Source of the DNA: Octopus vulgaris
Lineage: Eukaryota
NCBI GenBank assembly: GCA_951406725.2
Contig: OX597837.1
Location: forward strand, 10,850,001 to 10,914,000
Length of the DNA stretch: 64,000 nt
Direction of reading: 5' to 3'
A program made the position numbers and the translations under genes. Shown one piece after another: positions 1 through 12,600 of this stretch; the first letter of the stretch is position 1, and each line of letters opens with the position of its first letter. Below the pieces are notes generated by a model. That model was given only the letters and a program-made list of their open reading frames with translations, did not search any database and was not told the DNA's origin.

Positions 1-69
1 CGACTATAACTACGAGGACAGACATGGCTACCGAAAGGACTCGGAGTTCCGGGATAGAGACAGGGACAG
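1..69 (+). CDS. RBM5: RBM5/RBM10-family RNA-binding protein, exon a (5'-truncated by the window), RD-rich N-terminus
   Basis: The frame from position 2 reads DYNYEDRHGYRKDSEFRDRDRD. Donor AG|GTAAGG at 70, phase 2, joins exon b in frame. Confidence 0.85.
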
Positions 70-99
70 GTAAGGGCCCTTTTTTTTCCCATCTTATAT

Positions 100-1110
100 G
101 CATTAGGGCAATCAGCTCACAATCATAAGGTCATCAGTTCAATTCCCGGCAGTTCATTGTGTCCTTGAGCAAGACACTTAATTTCACGTTGTTCCAGCTC
201 ACCCAGCTGGCAAAATTCAATTGTACCTGTTTCTTTATTACCCACAAGGGGCTAAACATAGAGGGGACAAACAAGGACAGACAAAGGTATTAAGTTGATT
301 ACATCGCCCCAGTATGTAACTAGTACTTAATTTATCGACCCCGAAAGGATGAAAGGCAAAGTCAACCGCGGCGGAATTTGAACTCAGAACGTAACGGCAG
401 ACGAAATACCGCTAAGCATTTCGCTCAACGTGTTAACGCCTTTGCCAGCTCACTGCCTTTTAACAATTCACTTGTACCTGTAATTCAAAGGGTCAGCCTT
501 GTTACACTCTGTGTCATGCTGAATCTCTCTGAGAACTACATTAACCCGTTAGCATTTAAACCGGCCATATCCGGCCAAAAGTATTCTGCCTGTTTTATGT
601 TCAAACTGGCCAGATCTGGTCTCTCACACCAACCCTACAATATCATTTTAAAAATTAACATTTTCGTTACCATATTTATTTTGAGATGCTCTGTATTTCA
701 TTCAATTAATTTTAAAAATAACCAAGAATTTAGTCAAAGAACTTAGTTATCATTAAGCTAGTGTTGGGAACATAAATTGTGATTAAGGTTTGGTGGAAGA
801 TTTTAATTCGAAACTTATGAAAATAAGACATTTGTACTACAGAGCCAGAGGCGGTTTTGGCCAGGTTGGTATCAAAAGGGTTAACAGCTACCTCATCAAA
901 TTCTCATAGCTACAAGATAATGCATGATTAGTTCAAAACAATGTGGATGAAAAAGCATTAATTTTGGTAGAATAATGTGAACACTAAAGGGTTAAGGGTA
1001 CGTATGTCTGTGGAGTGCTCGGCCACTTGCACGTTAATTTCACGAGCAGGCTGTTCCGTTGATCAAATGTTCTGGAACCCTCATCGTGGTGACCGACAGT
1101 AAAGTGCCAG
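100..1110 (+). mobile_element. Nested repeat cluster: a tRNA-derived SINE interrupted by a second SINE (231-458, minus) and a piggyBac-like MITE (545-991), which itself contains another MITE (659-880)
   Basis: The outer SINE body matches the uninterrupted copy at 62617-62992. A 17-bp near-perfect TSD AATTCA(A/C)TTGTACCTGT flanks the inner SINE. TTAA duplications at 541/992 and 655/881. Confidence 0.8.
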
Positions 1111-1721
1111 TAGAGGTATTTACAGCCTGAAGGTCATGCATCAAATGTCTGCTGAATCAGGGCTGCTAGCTTTGCAATAAATGACATCATCACCATCACC
1201 ATCTGTTTTCCATGCTGGCATGGGTTGGAGGATTCAGCAAGAGCTGACATGTGAGAGAGCTACACCAGGCTCCAATTGTCCAATTTGGAATGGTTTCTAC
1301 CCCTGGATGCCCTTCTTAACACCAACCATTCTACAAAGAGTACTGAGTGATTTTTATGTGACACAAGCATCTCTGCTTGAATCAGTTTCTCTTGTCCTGC
1401 TTGAAATAGTAGCAAAATCGCCCTCAAATCACATGCTGTAGCCTTTAGAAGTGAGGATGCTTTAGGTAAGATAAGTAAATAATTAAGTTAGGTATTTTGG
1501 TTTGCTAAATTCTTGATGTGAAATCCTGTGTTAAAACAGATTTTGTTGTATGTTGCAGTAAATACCTCTAAATCAAAATTTTTTTTTTCATGGACCCCTA
1601 AGGTGCTACTACAGACCCAGTTTATCATTTTGCTTGTGTGAACCCCATAAAAAATCGTATAATGGACCCTGGTTGGGAGCCACTGGTTTAACGTGATGTA
1701 TATACTTGTTTCATTATGTAG

Positions 1722-1932
1722 ATCTCATCAGCCTGACAGGAGGGTGCATGACAGACGCAGAGGTCGGGTGGTCGACCGATCTCGACGCGACCGGGATCGT
1801 GACAGGGACCGTGATCGAGACCGAGGCTTCGACCGAGATCGAGACCGGAGCAGAAGTCGTGATGGACGAGATAGAAAGGACCGACCCTCTCGGGAACGAG
1901 GGGACCGATACGAAGAAGGCTTTGATTGTGAT
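1722..1932 (+). CDS. RBM5: RBM5/10-like exon b, RD/RS repeats
   Basis: Acceptor tgtag, donor gtaagt at 1933. Reads RSHQPDRR...RDRDRDRDRDRGFDRDRDRSRSR...GFDCD; phase 2 to 0. Confidence 0.9.
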
Positions 1933-2042
1933 GTAAGTTCAAAATATATATTTGCTATCTGTTTATTTTTATCTTTTATCTTTTGTTTGGCCCTGTCATT
2001 AGACTGTAGCCATGCCGGGGCACTGCCTTGAAGGGTTTAGTC

Positions 2043-2533
2043 CAGGGGTCGCCACAGGGGGTCAATAATAGCCAAGGGATCAAATAGGGGTCAGCATGTG
2101 AAAGACCAGCTTGCCCAGATGAACTGCCTGAAATACTTAGCCAGCGCCATGCCCATCCCCCCCATTGATGTTGTCAATTTCAATAAGAGATATTCAGGCA
2201 ATATGATGCGTTTTCCACATTTTCTAACCATGAGAATAATTTCATTAAAATTAAAAGTTTAATTATGTATACTCATACACGTAGTTTTAAATATAAAAAG
2301 TGTGTCATCGTCAATAGAATTTCTTAATTTGTTGTACATGTATATTTTAGCTAACATTTTAATTGCCAGCATCAGTACCCTGTACGCATTTCAGGTATAG
2401 TACGGCAGGGTAAGGTATTAAGATATTTTAAATGAGGAGGGTGATCGATGTGGAAGGAGAAATGGCTAAAAGGGGTCGATGCAGAAGAAGTGGCTAAAAG
2501 GGGTCAATGGTCGAAAACGTTTGGTGACCCCTA
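2043..2533. mobile_element. hAT-like MITE
   Basis: Termini CAGGGGTCGCCA ... TGGTGACCCCTA; flanks GTTTAGTC / ATTTAGTC give a 7/8 TSD. Confidence 0.65.
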
Positions 2534-3186
2534 ATTTAGTCAAACAAATCAACCCCAGTATTTTTTTTGTATTTTTTCAGTCTCATTTTACTGAACCGCT
2601 AAGTTACAGGCATGTAAGCACGCCAATACTGGTTGTCAAGCACTGCTGGGGGACAAACACACAAAAAAAGAAACATATATATATATATATATCTCAGGCT
2701 TCATTCAGTTTCCATCTATCAAAATCTGCTCACAAGGTTTTGGTCAACTGAGGCTATAATAAAATACACTTGCCCAAGGTGCCATGCAGTGGGACTGAAC
2801 CCAGAACCATCAGGTTTCATGAATAAAACATCTTTAGCAGTATACAGTAATAACAAGACGGCTACTTGGAAGAAATGAAGGACTTGCTCTTTAGTTTGGC
2901 TGCTATTTCTAGCAGATAGCATGATCACTGAACGGCTGCTTGTGCAATCTTTCTCTTTTAGTCTGTGGATTGATTTTCCTAATTTAATGGATTGGTGTAT
3001 TTAACAGTGGTGGTCATTTTATTATTGGTAACCTAGCTGCTCGCCCCTCTATCATCAGCCATCAGGTAGTAATTTTACCTTGTCCTTATTCTTAGTTTAA
3101 GTTTTGAAGAGTGCAGTTGATATATATATTGTTTTTGTTTTGTTTCATTGTATATATATATTTTGTTTTTGTTTCATTGTTTGCAG

Positions 3187-3336
3187 AGTTCTAGTCGTGA
3201 TAGCGGGGAAAGTTTCAGGGACCAGGACAGCGGCCGAGAAGGTCGAGAGGACCGAGCTGGTGAGCGATGGATGACCGACACACCTACACACACCATTCTT
3301 CTAAGAGGACTTCCAAACCAGATTGACGAAAAGGAT
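3187..3336 (+). CDS. RBM5: RBM5/10-like exon c, start of RRM1 (RNP2 ILLRGL)
   Basis: Acceptor ttgcag, donor gtgagt. Reads SSSRDSGE...PTHTILLRGLPNQIDEKD. Confidence 0.93.
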
Positions 3337-3405
3337 GTGAGTTTGTTTTTTTCTTTTTCTCTTTCTCATTGTGCACATGTATGTGTGTGTGTGTATATAT
3401 ATATT

Positions 3406-3662
3406 ATCATCATCATCATCGTTTAACGTCCGTTTTCCGTGCTAGCATGGGTTGGACGGTTCGACCAGGGTCTGGGAAGCCAGGAGGCTGCTCCAGTCTG
3501 ATCTGGCCGTGTTTCTACAGCTGGATGCCTTTCCTAACGCCAACCACTCTGCGAGTGTAGTGGGTGCTTTTTACGTGCCACCGGCACAGGTGCCAAGGGA
3601 GTCTGGCAGCGGCCACGATCGGTTGGTGCTTTTAACGTGCCGCTGGCATCGGCCACATTCGG
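3406..3662 (-). mobile_element. SINE family 3 ((GAT)n tail, V-domain-like GGAAGGGCATCCAGCTGTAGAAA, GTGCCGGTGGCACGTAAAA modules)
   Basis: Multicopy in the window: also about 19274-19455, 30403-30670, 36800-37120, 45445-45630, 46121-46256 (minus) and 63500-63786 (plus). Confidence 0.75.
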
Positions 3663-4035
3663 GTATGTATATATATGCATATATGTATATATATATGTGT
3701 GAGATTGAATGTTGCAAAAGGTGAACAATGGTTGATTCCATATATTGGTTTCAAATTTTGGCACAAGGCCAGCAATTTCAGGGAAGGGAGTAGGTTGATT
3801 ACATTGACCCCTCTGCTCAGCTGGTTCTTATCTTATCAACACCTGAAAGGCGAAGTCGAACTTGGCGGGATTTGAACTCAGAATAAATGCCACTAAACAT
3901 TTTGCCCTGGTTTGCTAACAGTTCTGCCACCTCACCACCTTACTGATTCCATATATTCATGTGTATGTATGTATGTATGTGTGTATGTGCATGCATGTTA
4001 CGACTCGTAATTTTATTTCTCTCTGTATCTTGTAG

Positions 4036-4102
4036 ATATTGACGGAACTAATGATAATTGGACTCAGTGTCAAAGACGTTCGATTAATGAGGAAAAGTTC
4101 CG
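4036..4102 (+). CDS. RBM5: RBM5/10-like exon d, RRM1
   Basis: Acceptor tgtag, donor gtgagt. Reads ILTELMIIGLSVKDVRLMRKSS(G), matching the family DVRLM motif; phase 0 to 1. Confidence 0.92.
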
Positions 4103-4786
4103 GTGAGTGTTTTTTTTTCCTTTTTCATGTTATTTCATTTATTTTTCATAGATAAATTTATAAACAAATCTACTCACTGAGGGGGTTCTGAGAATATTGA
4201 AACATATATATATGTATATATTATATATATATTTATTATATGATATATTTATATATATCTATATATAATATATGTATGTGTATCTTGTATAAAATTGAAG
4301 GTGTGTTTTGTTGGATTTTTTAATGTATGTATGTATATATATATATATCTATATATATATTATTTTTTCTTTGTAAACTATGTTGGCTTTATTCACCAGG
4401 GTCTTTATTATTATTATTGTTATTATTATTTTGTAAAAGTTCTTGAATATATGATATGTAACCAAACTAATCTTCTCTTATTCACAGCTGTTTATCTTTG
4501 GAAGTCTTGTATAGTTAATCTGTTATGATCTGTATTGATATCTGCCTTCATGAAATCACTGTCTTCTAATCTTGGTTTATACTCTTCACTGATTCACCTG
4601 TCTTCAGTGTTTTGGGATTGAGCCGGTTTTTACCTTTGCAAAATGGTGCTATTTTTGTTGTCGTTTAACCCTTACACTGCTCCTGCTTGGGCAAACATTG
4701 TTTTAGTCATTACTACTTCCTTTGTTGTTTTCAAACATAGTGTATCTAAGACAATATTGTTGAGTGTATCTTGTTTTTTTTGCTGG

Positions 4787-4828
<42 letters not shown>

Positions 4829-7800
4829 GTGACTCTAAGATGCTTTCATATACACCTTCTCCCTATATCTGTGTGTGAGTTCTTTTATTTGTTTCAGTCA
4901 TTTGACTGCGGCCATGCTGGAGCATTGCCTGTAGCCAAACAAATCGGCCCCAGGACTTATTCTTTGTAAGCTTAGTACTTATTCTATCGGTCTCTTTTGC
5001 CGAACTGCTGCATTACGGGGACATAAACACACCAACATCGGTTGACAGATGATGGTGGGGGGGACAAACACACACACACACAGACACATATATACACGAC
5101 AGGTTTCTTTCAGTTTCCATCTACCAAATCCACTCACAGGGCTTTGGTTAGCCCAAGGCTTTAGTAGAAGACACTTTCCTAAGGTCCCTCGCAGTGGGAT
5201 GAGAACTCGGGACCATGTGGTTGGTAAGTAAGCTACTTACCACACAGCCACTCCTGAGTAAGCACATGGATGTGAAACAAGGTGGGGAAAAAATAGCATT
5301 CGACGACCTGAAGTAGAGTGATATGCTGTGTTATTAAAGTTGTGAAAAAACATCACAGAAATATCACAAAGATCTGCTACTCAGAGTTTCGCATTCCCAT
5401 TTGTCTGTGTTGTGGTTAAGAATTCTTATGTGTGTGTGTAGTGCGAATTTAATTTTCTTGTCCCAAAGTTTATGCATAACAAATCATTGGCTATTTGGCT
5501 CATACTTAGATCACTGTATTGAGTATGTTGTGTCAAACCAGCCCTAAGATGTATGGAGCTGTGTGGGAGCATAACAAAAGGGCCCCTTTGGTCCACTTAA
5601 GATGTTTTGTCTTTGGAAGTGTGTCTGTGGGTTGCTCTGTTCTTTTATTGTCTTTGGTCATCAGCTGCACCAGCAACAATGCTTCTGCCGAATTACTATT
5701 CTCTACTAGTAAGGATTATCTGTTCCTATGTATAGTGGCTGTCTCTTCCCCACACCTCTTGTGTCTGTGCTTGGTCAAATTTTCTGAAAGGTCTGAACTT
5801 TTATGGTTGTATTTAATAAATTTGTGCCTTTTATTTTCCTTCCACTTCCCAAAAGTCTTTGGTCAACTTCTGTTGTTGAAAACCCACCACTCCTCCCCAC
5901 AGAGGCCAGATTTAGTGACTTCCCCCCCACCTAAATTGTGGATTTTTGCAGATAACCTTGTTAACTCTTTAGCTTTCGGATTACTCTGTCTGGTGTAATG
6001 CTTGTTTATCCACATTGTTTTGAATTAATCCTGCATTATCTTATCACTTCCAAGAGTTTGGTAATCTGATTGTTTGTTTTAACAATGGCATTGTAGGACA
6101 GGTGTGAAATGTTGGATCTAGCCATTTTGAACATAAAAAAGGCAGATTATTTGGGCCAGATATGACTGCTTTAAATACGAAGAAAATTCATTTTAATTGT
6201 TACTAAATTGGACAAACTTTCTGGTCTTTTGCCTAGAAACAAATGTATTAATAGGAGGAAATTGCGATAAACTCCAAAATTGTGGCATATTTCACTTTAG
6301 CTCCAATCCAGTCCTGCCCACCACTGTTATCTCTCTCATCAACATCTCAATTATCTTGTTGTGAAGATACAGAGCTGAAGACACCTCTGAAAGGGGGTGG
6401 GGGGCACCACGTCAAAACGGTACAGGAGTAGGGGCCGAAACCGGACATGGTTCCTCCTGATGATGTCTTGAGCTAACTGGATCCTATAAAGGAGCTGTTG
6501 TGGTAGCAGACCACGAAACACGGTTGTAATTCCTTCCTTAGAGTCTTTTTAAATTCTTGGCTTCTTATCATTCCTGGCTGGTCTCTCGTTTGCACTCAGG
6601 TGTTTTTTGTAAACAGAAATAATCCATTACTTTCACTTTCAGCTTATCACCGTCTGTTTTCTTCTGGTAAGTAATGGCAAGTTTGATGCTTGACTCGTCA
6701 CTCTTTTACTCAATCCTACCTTAACGATGTATTCATTTGCATTAACCATTTTTTTATCATTTTGAACAGGATACTGCTGTTAGCTGTGTGTGTGTCTGTG
6801 TGTGTTCATTAGCACATCAATGTAAAGTGCTTTACAGTCTGATCAGTTCATATGTAACAATTATTTTGTAGATACATTGATTATTCTGTAAGAATTTTAA
6901 TTGCTTAATTAGTTAAAATGGGAAAAAAGATGAGAAATTTAAAGTGTAGGTATTCGATCCTGCAGCTGCTATTCTGTATAAGATAATTGCTGCTTCCATG
7001 ATTGGATCAAAACACCTTGAGTCTACACACCTGAAGACATCAAAGTAACCATGCTTCACCTGCAGTTAGTAGGCTATTAATTAATTAATTAATTGATTGA
7101 TTGACTATTACACTGTAGTACTTGTCCTGTGACTGATTTGTCTTATATTACAATCAGTGGTTGATTCCTTTGGACAAAGTAACTTATTTTTTTCCTTTAA
7201 TTTGTTTTCTTTGACTTGATGACAGGTGAATTCTCATAAAGTACGAAGTGACTATCGTAGAAAGAAATCATTTATCACTTTCATGATTTTTTATATTCTT
7301 TATGAGTCAGCTGCTGATGTACTTCAAGTAAAATTTTCAATAGAATCTAGATTTTTCTTGGAGTTTAGTAAAATATCTCTTACTTTATTACTGACGTACA
7401 TTAAAATGTGTCACTCTGGCTCAACTGTTTTTTGCTTTTTTTTTAAATCTGGCAGTTTCAAGAAATAAGGATTAGAAAAATTACTCTGAATAATTTTTAT
7501 TTGAATTTCCCAAAGGAAGGATTGGTCATCAGTGGGGTCAAGCTAGCAGAATCATTAGTACACTGGACAAAAATGCTTAGCAGCATTTCTTCCAGCTTCA
7601 TGTTCTGTATTTAAATTCCACCAAGGTCTACTCTGCCTTTGATCCTTTCAGTGTTGATAAAATAGGTACCGGTCAAACACTGGGGTCAGTGTAAGTGACT
7701 AACCCCACTCTACTCAAAGTTACTGGCCTTGTGCCAAAACTAGAAAGTATTATTATGTTCTGAAATTAAATTCTGTCATGGTCAGCTTTCTTTTCCGTCC

Positions 7801-9253
7801 TTTTGGGGTCAATCTAAAAAGGGTCAGTTAAGCACTGGGCTTGATGTTACCAACAAGCTTCCCTGCCAAAGTTCAGGCTTGTGTTTATAAATCCTTAAAA
7901 TCCTTTAAAATGTTTCAGCCCAAAAGCTGCGGCCATGCTGGGGCACCACCGTTGAAAGGATTTTATTAAAATTGTCTCCTCATCTTGGTTGTTATTAGGT
8001 TTAAAGGTTTTAATTTCCATTAACTAATTGCACCATAGGACAACACAGTAGTGAATATAAAGGAACAGACCCCTTTTGGTTATGACCATGGGACTGCACC
8101 TAGAAAGTTCCCCTCCAAGGCACAGGTCTAGGCAAGGTTGTTTTATGGAATACCAGCCTCCTCTCTCTGCACCAGTGATCTTATCCAAGGGAAAGGCAAA
8201 GGGGTCGATACAGCTTGGCCCCAGTGGCATCGCAACTCATTTCTACAGATGAGTAAACTGGAGCAACGTGAAATAAAGTGTCTTGCTCAAAAACTCAACA
8301 CACAGCCCAGTCCAGGAATTGAACTCACTATCACATGATTGTGAGCCCAACACTCTAACCACTGAGCCATGTACTTGATTATAAGCATTAAGTATTTAAG
8401 TGTAGTAGGTTCAGTCCCAGAGTCAGTATACACATTCTCTGTCTGGTTGGAGCTGAAAAGCCAAGCAACTTGTAGGAGAATGATAAATTGAGAATATCTC
8501 TGATGTGGACAACAGAATAAGAACACAACCATCCTTGTGGATTTTATAAAGGGTTCAGTTTGAATTCCTGGAAATTTTACCTATCACAGTAGACACCTGG
8601 ATAAAGTATAAAAAACCTGGTTAAAGTATTAAAAAACTGCATCCCTCTACCAAACCATGTTGAGCCAGTGTGGCAGAGAAGGCTCAAGTATGATCTCCAG
8701 TGCAAATTCATGGCCTCCACATCAGACTGTGGTTGGTGGGGGGGACATACTGAGCCCTTCGTCCTCCTACACTGATTGAATATAGGCAATCCAGTTTAGT
8801 TCAATGCTTTAGTCTGTTTAGATTTACTATGTTTTGTTTTTTATAACAAAAACAAGTTGGTCTAACTTTGGTCTCCATGTTTTTTTTTTCTCTCTCTCTT
8901 TAATTCTGTTTTGAATTTAATTTTTCGCTAAGAATCTATATTATATTTGTTCTTTGAAAATTTTTTTTTTTTTTTTAAATGTGAGAGAAAATTCTTAAAT
9001 TAAAGAAAAAAAAGAGAAAAGAAATTTTTTTTCTTTTCTTTTCTTATTAATCTCAAATCTCGCCAAAGAACCAAATGGTAAGTTTCTCAGAGAACCAACC
9101 AGCCTCAGTGAGTGGGTTTTTAGTCATTTATTATTATCTTTTTTTTTTTTTTGACCTTGGGTTTCACGTGTTCTGGTTGGTTTCAGATGATAACCGCCAT
9201 ATTTTTTTAGAAATTAGTTCCACTAATGCGGGACATTCTGAATACTTACGCAG

Positions 9254-9327
9254 GTGCATCCCGTGGGTTTGCTTTTGTGGAGTTTCAGAACGTAGCAGAT
9301 GCCCAGCGCTGGATGGAACAGAATCAG
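9254..9327 (+). CDS. RBM5: RBM5/10-like exon e (74 nt), RRM1 RNP1
   Basis: Reads GASRGFAFVEFQNVADAQRWMEQNQ, the family-typical SRGFAFVEF...WME.NQ. Acceptor cgcag lacks a pyrimidine tract; donor CAG|GTCTTA is weak. Confidence 0.95.
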
Positions 9328-9604
9328 GTCTTACACAATTATCTAAGACTTTTGTACCGGTACAGTAGACCCCAAAAAAAAAAAAAAAAAAAAAAAAAAA
9401 TTACCATGCCCCCCCTTTCCATACAGACACACACACATGCATACATACACACACACATACATACAGACTGACAATCCCACACACCTATGTTTGCTTGCAT
9501 ATATATATATATATAAATATATGTGTATATTTAGATATTACATGCATATATATATATGTATATATATTTGTTATATACAGCAGACATGCTCATACATTGC
9601 TACA

Positions 9605-9647
<43 letters not shown>

Positions 9648-12600
9648 GTATATGTATACATACACATATACATACGTATACATGCACACATACATATGCA
9701 CACACAGTTACACTCATACATGCATACAGTCATACATACACACTTATATACACACTCATATACACACTCATATACATCCTACATGACTCCCAGTCAATTG
9801 CTGTCTCAAGCAGTTTGTACGCTGCTCAATTTTATTCTTTCTTAATGTTGTTTGTTGTTTCTGTTTCGTTTTTTTTTTTTTTTTCTCCATATACTTTGTT
9901 TAAATAAAGGTTTCTGTCTAATTTTAAATAACCAAAATGCTACTACTACTACTGCTACGATATCATTTATGGTCCTCATTTTTTTTTTATTTCCCCTCTC
10001 TCTCTCTCCTTACTCAGATCAGTATCTTTAGCTTCACACACACTCACACGTAACCTGTGTGCTAGACCAAATGCCATACCATTCATCTTGCATTCATGAT
10101 TCCAAAGTACCGCCTTCCTTTAATCATTTTCCTGTTCTATCTTGTTATAGTTGATGTTATTGTTAAACCCCAGGTCAGCCCTGATTCAAGCACACCTACG
10201 ATCAAAAGCACTCCAGCTGTGACAATCCTATCTTTTCAGGAGTAGGAAGACTACATTATTTAATGCAGGGGTTTTCAACCATTTTTCTGCCCATGGACGC
10301 CTTTGGTTATTTTTTTTATTCTGGTGGACCCTCCCATATTGATTTAGTGATTTGACGTTTAAAAACTAGTTTTATAGACACTTCATTTGAAATTCCTGTT
10401 TACTTGTGTCGGCTTGCAATAGAAATCTTTGAGGGAGTATCTTTGTGGTGCACCTGAGCACTGTATACAATAATTTCATTATTATGATTATTATTTTTAT
10501 TATTGTCTTTCACTGGCCAGAAACATGTTGAACTAAACTTATGTAAAACTCAAGAGAAAGGAACATAGTTGTTCCTTGCAATAAATTCATCATCATTATC
10601 ATCATTGTTTATCGTCAGCCTTCCATGCTGGTATGGGTTGGATGGTTTGACAGGAGCTGGCCAGGCAGAGGACTGCACCACATTACTGTGTCTGGTTTAG
10701 CAGGGTTTTCATGGCATAAGCACAGCATGATCGCAATGACTGAAGCAGTAAATGAAGAATGTAGACCTAGATATATTGAAAAAGATAGGACGGGTGTGGC
10801 TGGAATGCTTTTGGTTGTACTGTTGCTCAGTTGAAGCTGACTTTGGACTATAAACTACAACAACTCCATAAGATTGAACTTTCCACAGTTTAATAACACA
10901 TTGGGTCATAATCTCATTGCTGGAGATTTAGCCTTTGTCTGGTGTTGAGGACGTATGAGCTTGTTGAAAGCCTGTATCAATTCCTCATCATTCTGTCCTT
11001 TTGGTTGAGGTGAAAATGTTCAACTTAGCCATGATGAAGGCTTGGTGCCAATTAATACCCACAAAATCCATTGTTTCAACACATTAGACCCAACATTTTA
11101 TTTATCTGACCTGTTAACGCTACATTAATAGAAATAAAATAGTTATGAATTTCTCCAGCCCTGATTTTGTTTTTGTGTTTTTAGAAAAAGGGTATGCAAA
11201 AAAAAAAAAAAAAACACTCAAAACAGGTTTTCTATCTGAGAAATATTCCGTGGGAATGGGTCGGTCGTTTTTGTTCAGTTTTGTCTCCATTTGTCTCGTC
11301 TGTATTTTTGTTGATAAATTCCAACCTCACCATTTCATACACAACAACACTCTTTGCTTACAAAACTCTTTCTTTCCCTTCAAATCTTTGAAGATTTCTA
11401 AATTAAACTTATTTTTCACCAATTCACCACATGCACATAACCTGCATATAAAAAAACTGCACCACATTATTTTATTTTATTTCTTCTTTTTTTTCATTTT
11501 TGTTTTATATATATTTTTTTTTTGTAAACTGAAAAACTGAAATGTTTAGAGAAAATTTCAAATTAAAAATAATAATAATAAATGCTATCTGCTTTCTTAA
11601 TTTAATATTGAGCTTTTTGCAGCATGCTTCCTCAGTTGAAATGATGCCCTATAAAAAAAATTTTAAAAACGAAAGAAAGAAGATTTAGTTTAAACAATGC
11701 ATGAGAATTCTTCTTGTTGTAATTATATATTCTGGTTAACATCTATTAGTTGATAGTGTTTCTCTCTCTCTTTCTTTCCCTCCTTTGTTCTTGTGCGGGT
11801 TCAGTTTCTGAACTTACCGAAATAGTGCAGTGTGTCTGCCGGCATTATTGTTTGTTGAATAAGTTGTAAGGTCTTTGAAACAATGATCGAGAACAGTTTT
11901 GACTTGCATTTCAAAACATGGTTGGGAAAACGCATAAAGAACAGTCAACCAGTCAGATAAACATAGACAGACAGACAGACCAGTGGGTAGGTGGGGGAGA
12001 ATGTTGGAAATTGCTGTCAACCTATATTTAGTTATTGTTGTTGTAGTTCTGTTATCTAGAATGGAATTCTACCCCGTTCTCTCTTTTCTCTGCCCATCAG
12101 TCATAAAATTTTGTTTTGGGACCCAGATTTTTTTTTTTTACTATTGAAAACCCACCATTACAAAATGCATCCTACCAAGGAGCCTCGACCAGGACTCTCA
12201 ATCTACTCGAAGTTGCTGCCAGATCTCCCTCGAACCATTGTCTAATGTAGTTTTGGATAAGACTGTTTGAAAATAAGACAGGGTGGTCATGCTTTATTGA
12301 TGAATAACCAACACTGAGTTAAGCACTAACACCACCACCACCAACGACAACAACATCGTTTGTTGCCTGTTTTCAGACCCTGGATGTATGATATAATAAA
12401 ACGAATGAGAGGCTGAGCCCTACACAAGCAAAGCCAGTTTCATATTATGTTGCTTCTGTGTATGGATGCCAAACCTCAAATCTGCCATTTGCCACAAATC
12501 CTGTGAGTGGATTTGATAGATGGAAACTATATTGAAGCCTGTCGTGTGTGTGTGGTTTATTTGTACATTCCTGTTTGGCAATGCAAACAGAATTAGCTCT

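Noticed and set aside
378-746. Recurrent peptides such as MNSERNGRRN, FQSFDCGHAGA and LQLDALPNANH in many short ORFs
   Set aside because: These are read-throughs of multicopy SINEs, not a gene family.
5260-5400. Possible Penelope-like terminal remnant
   Set aside because: Too short and truncated, with no complete ribozyme core or ORF.
6370-6525. Hammerhead cores (CTGAAGA/CTGATGA and CGAAAC)
   Set aside because: Helix II and helix I cannot be closed in any permutation I tried.
7214-7329. C/D box snoRNA (TGATGA...CTGA)
   Set aside because: The C box lacks the leading purine, the terminal stem overlaps the box, and no rRNA antisense element is recognisable. It reads better as a 3' splice site.
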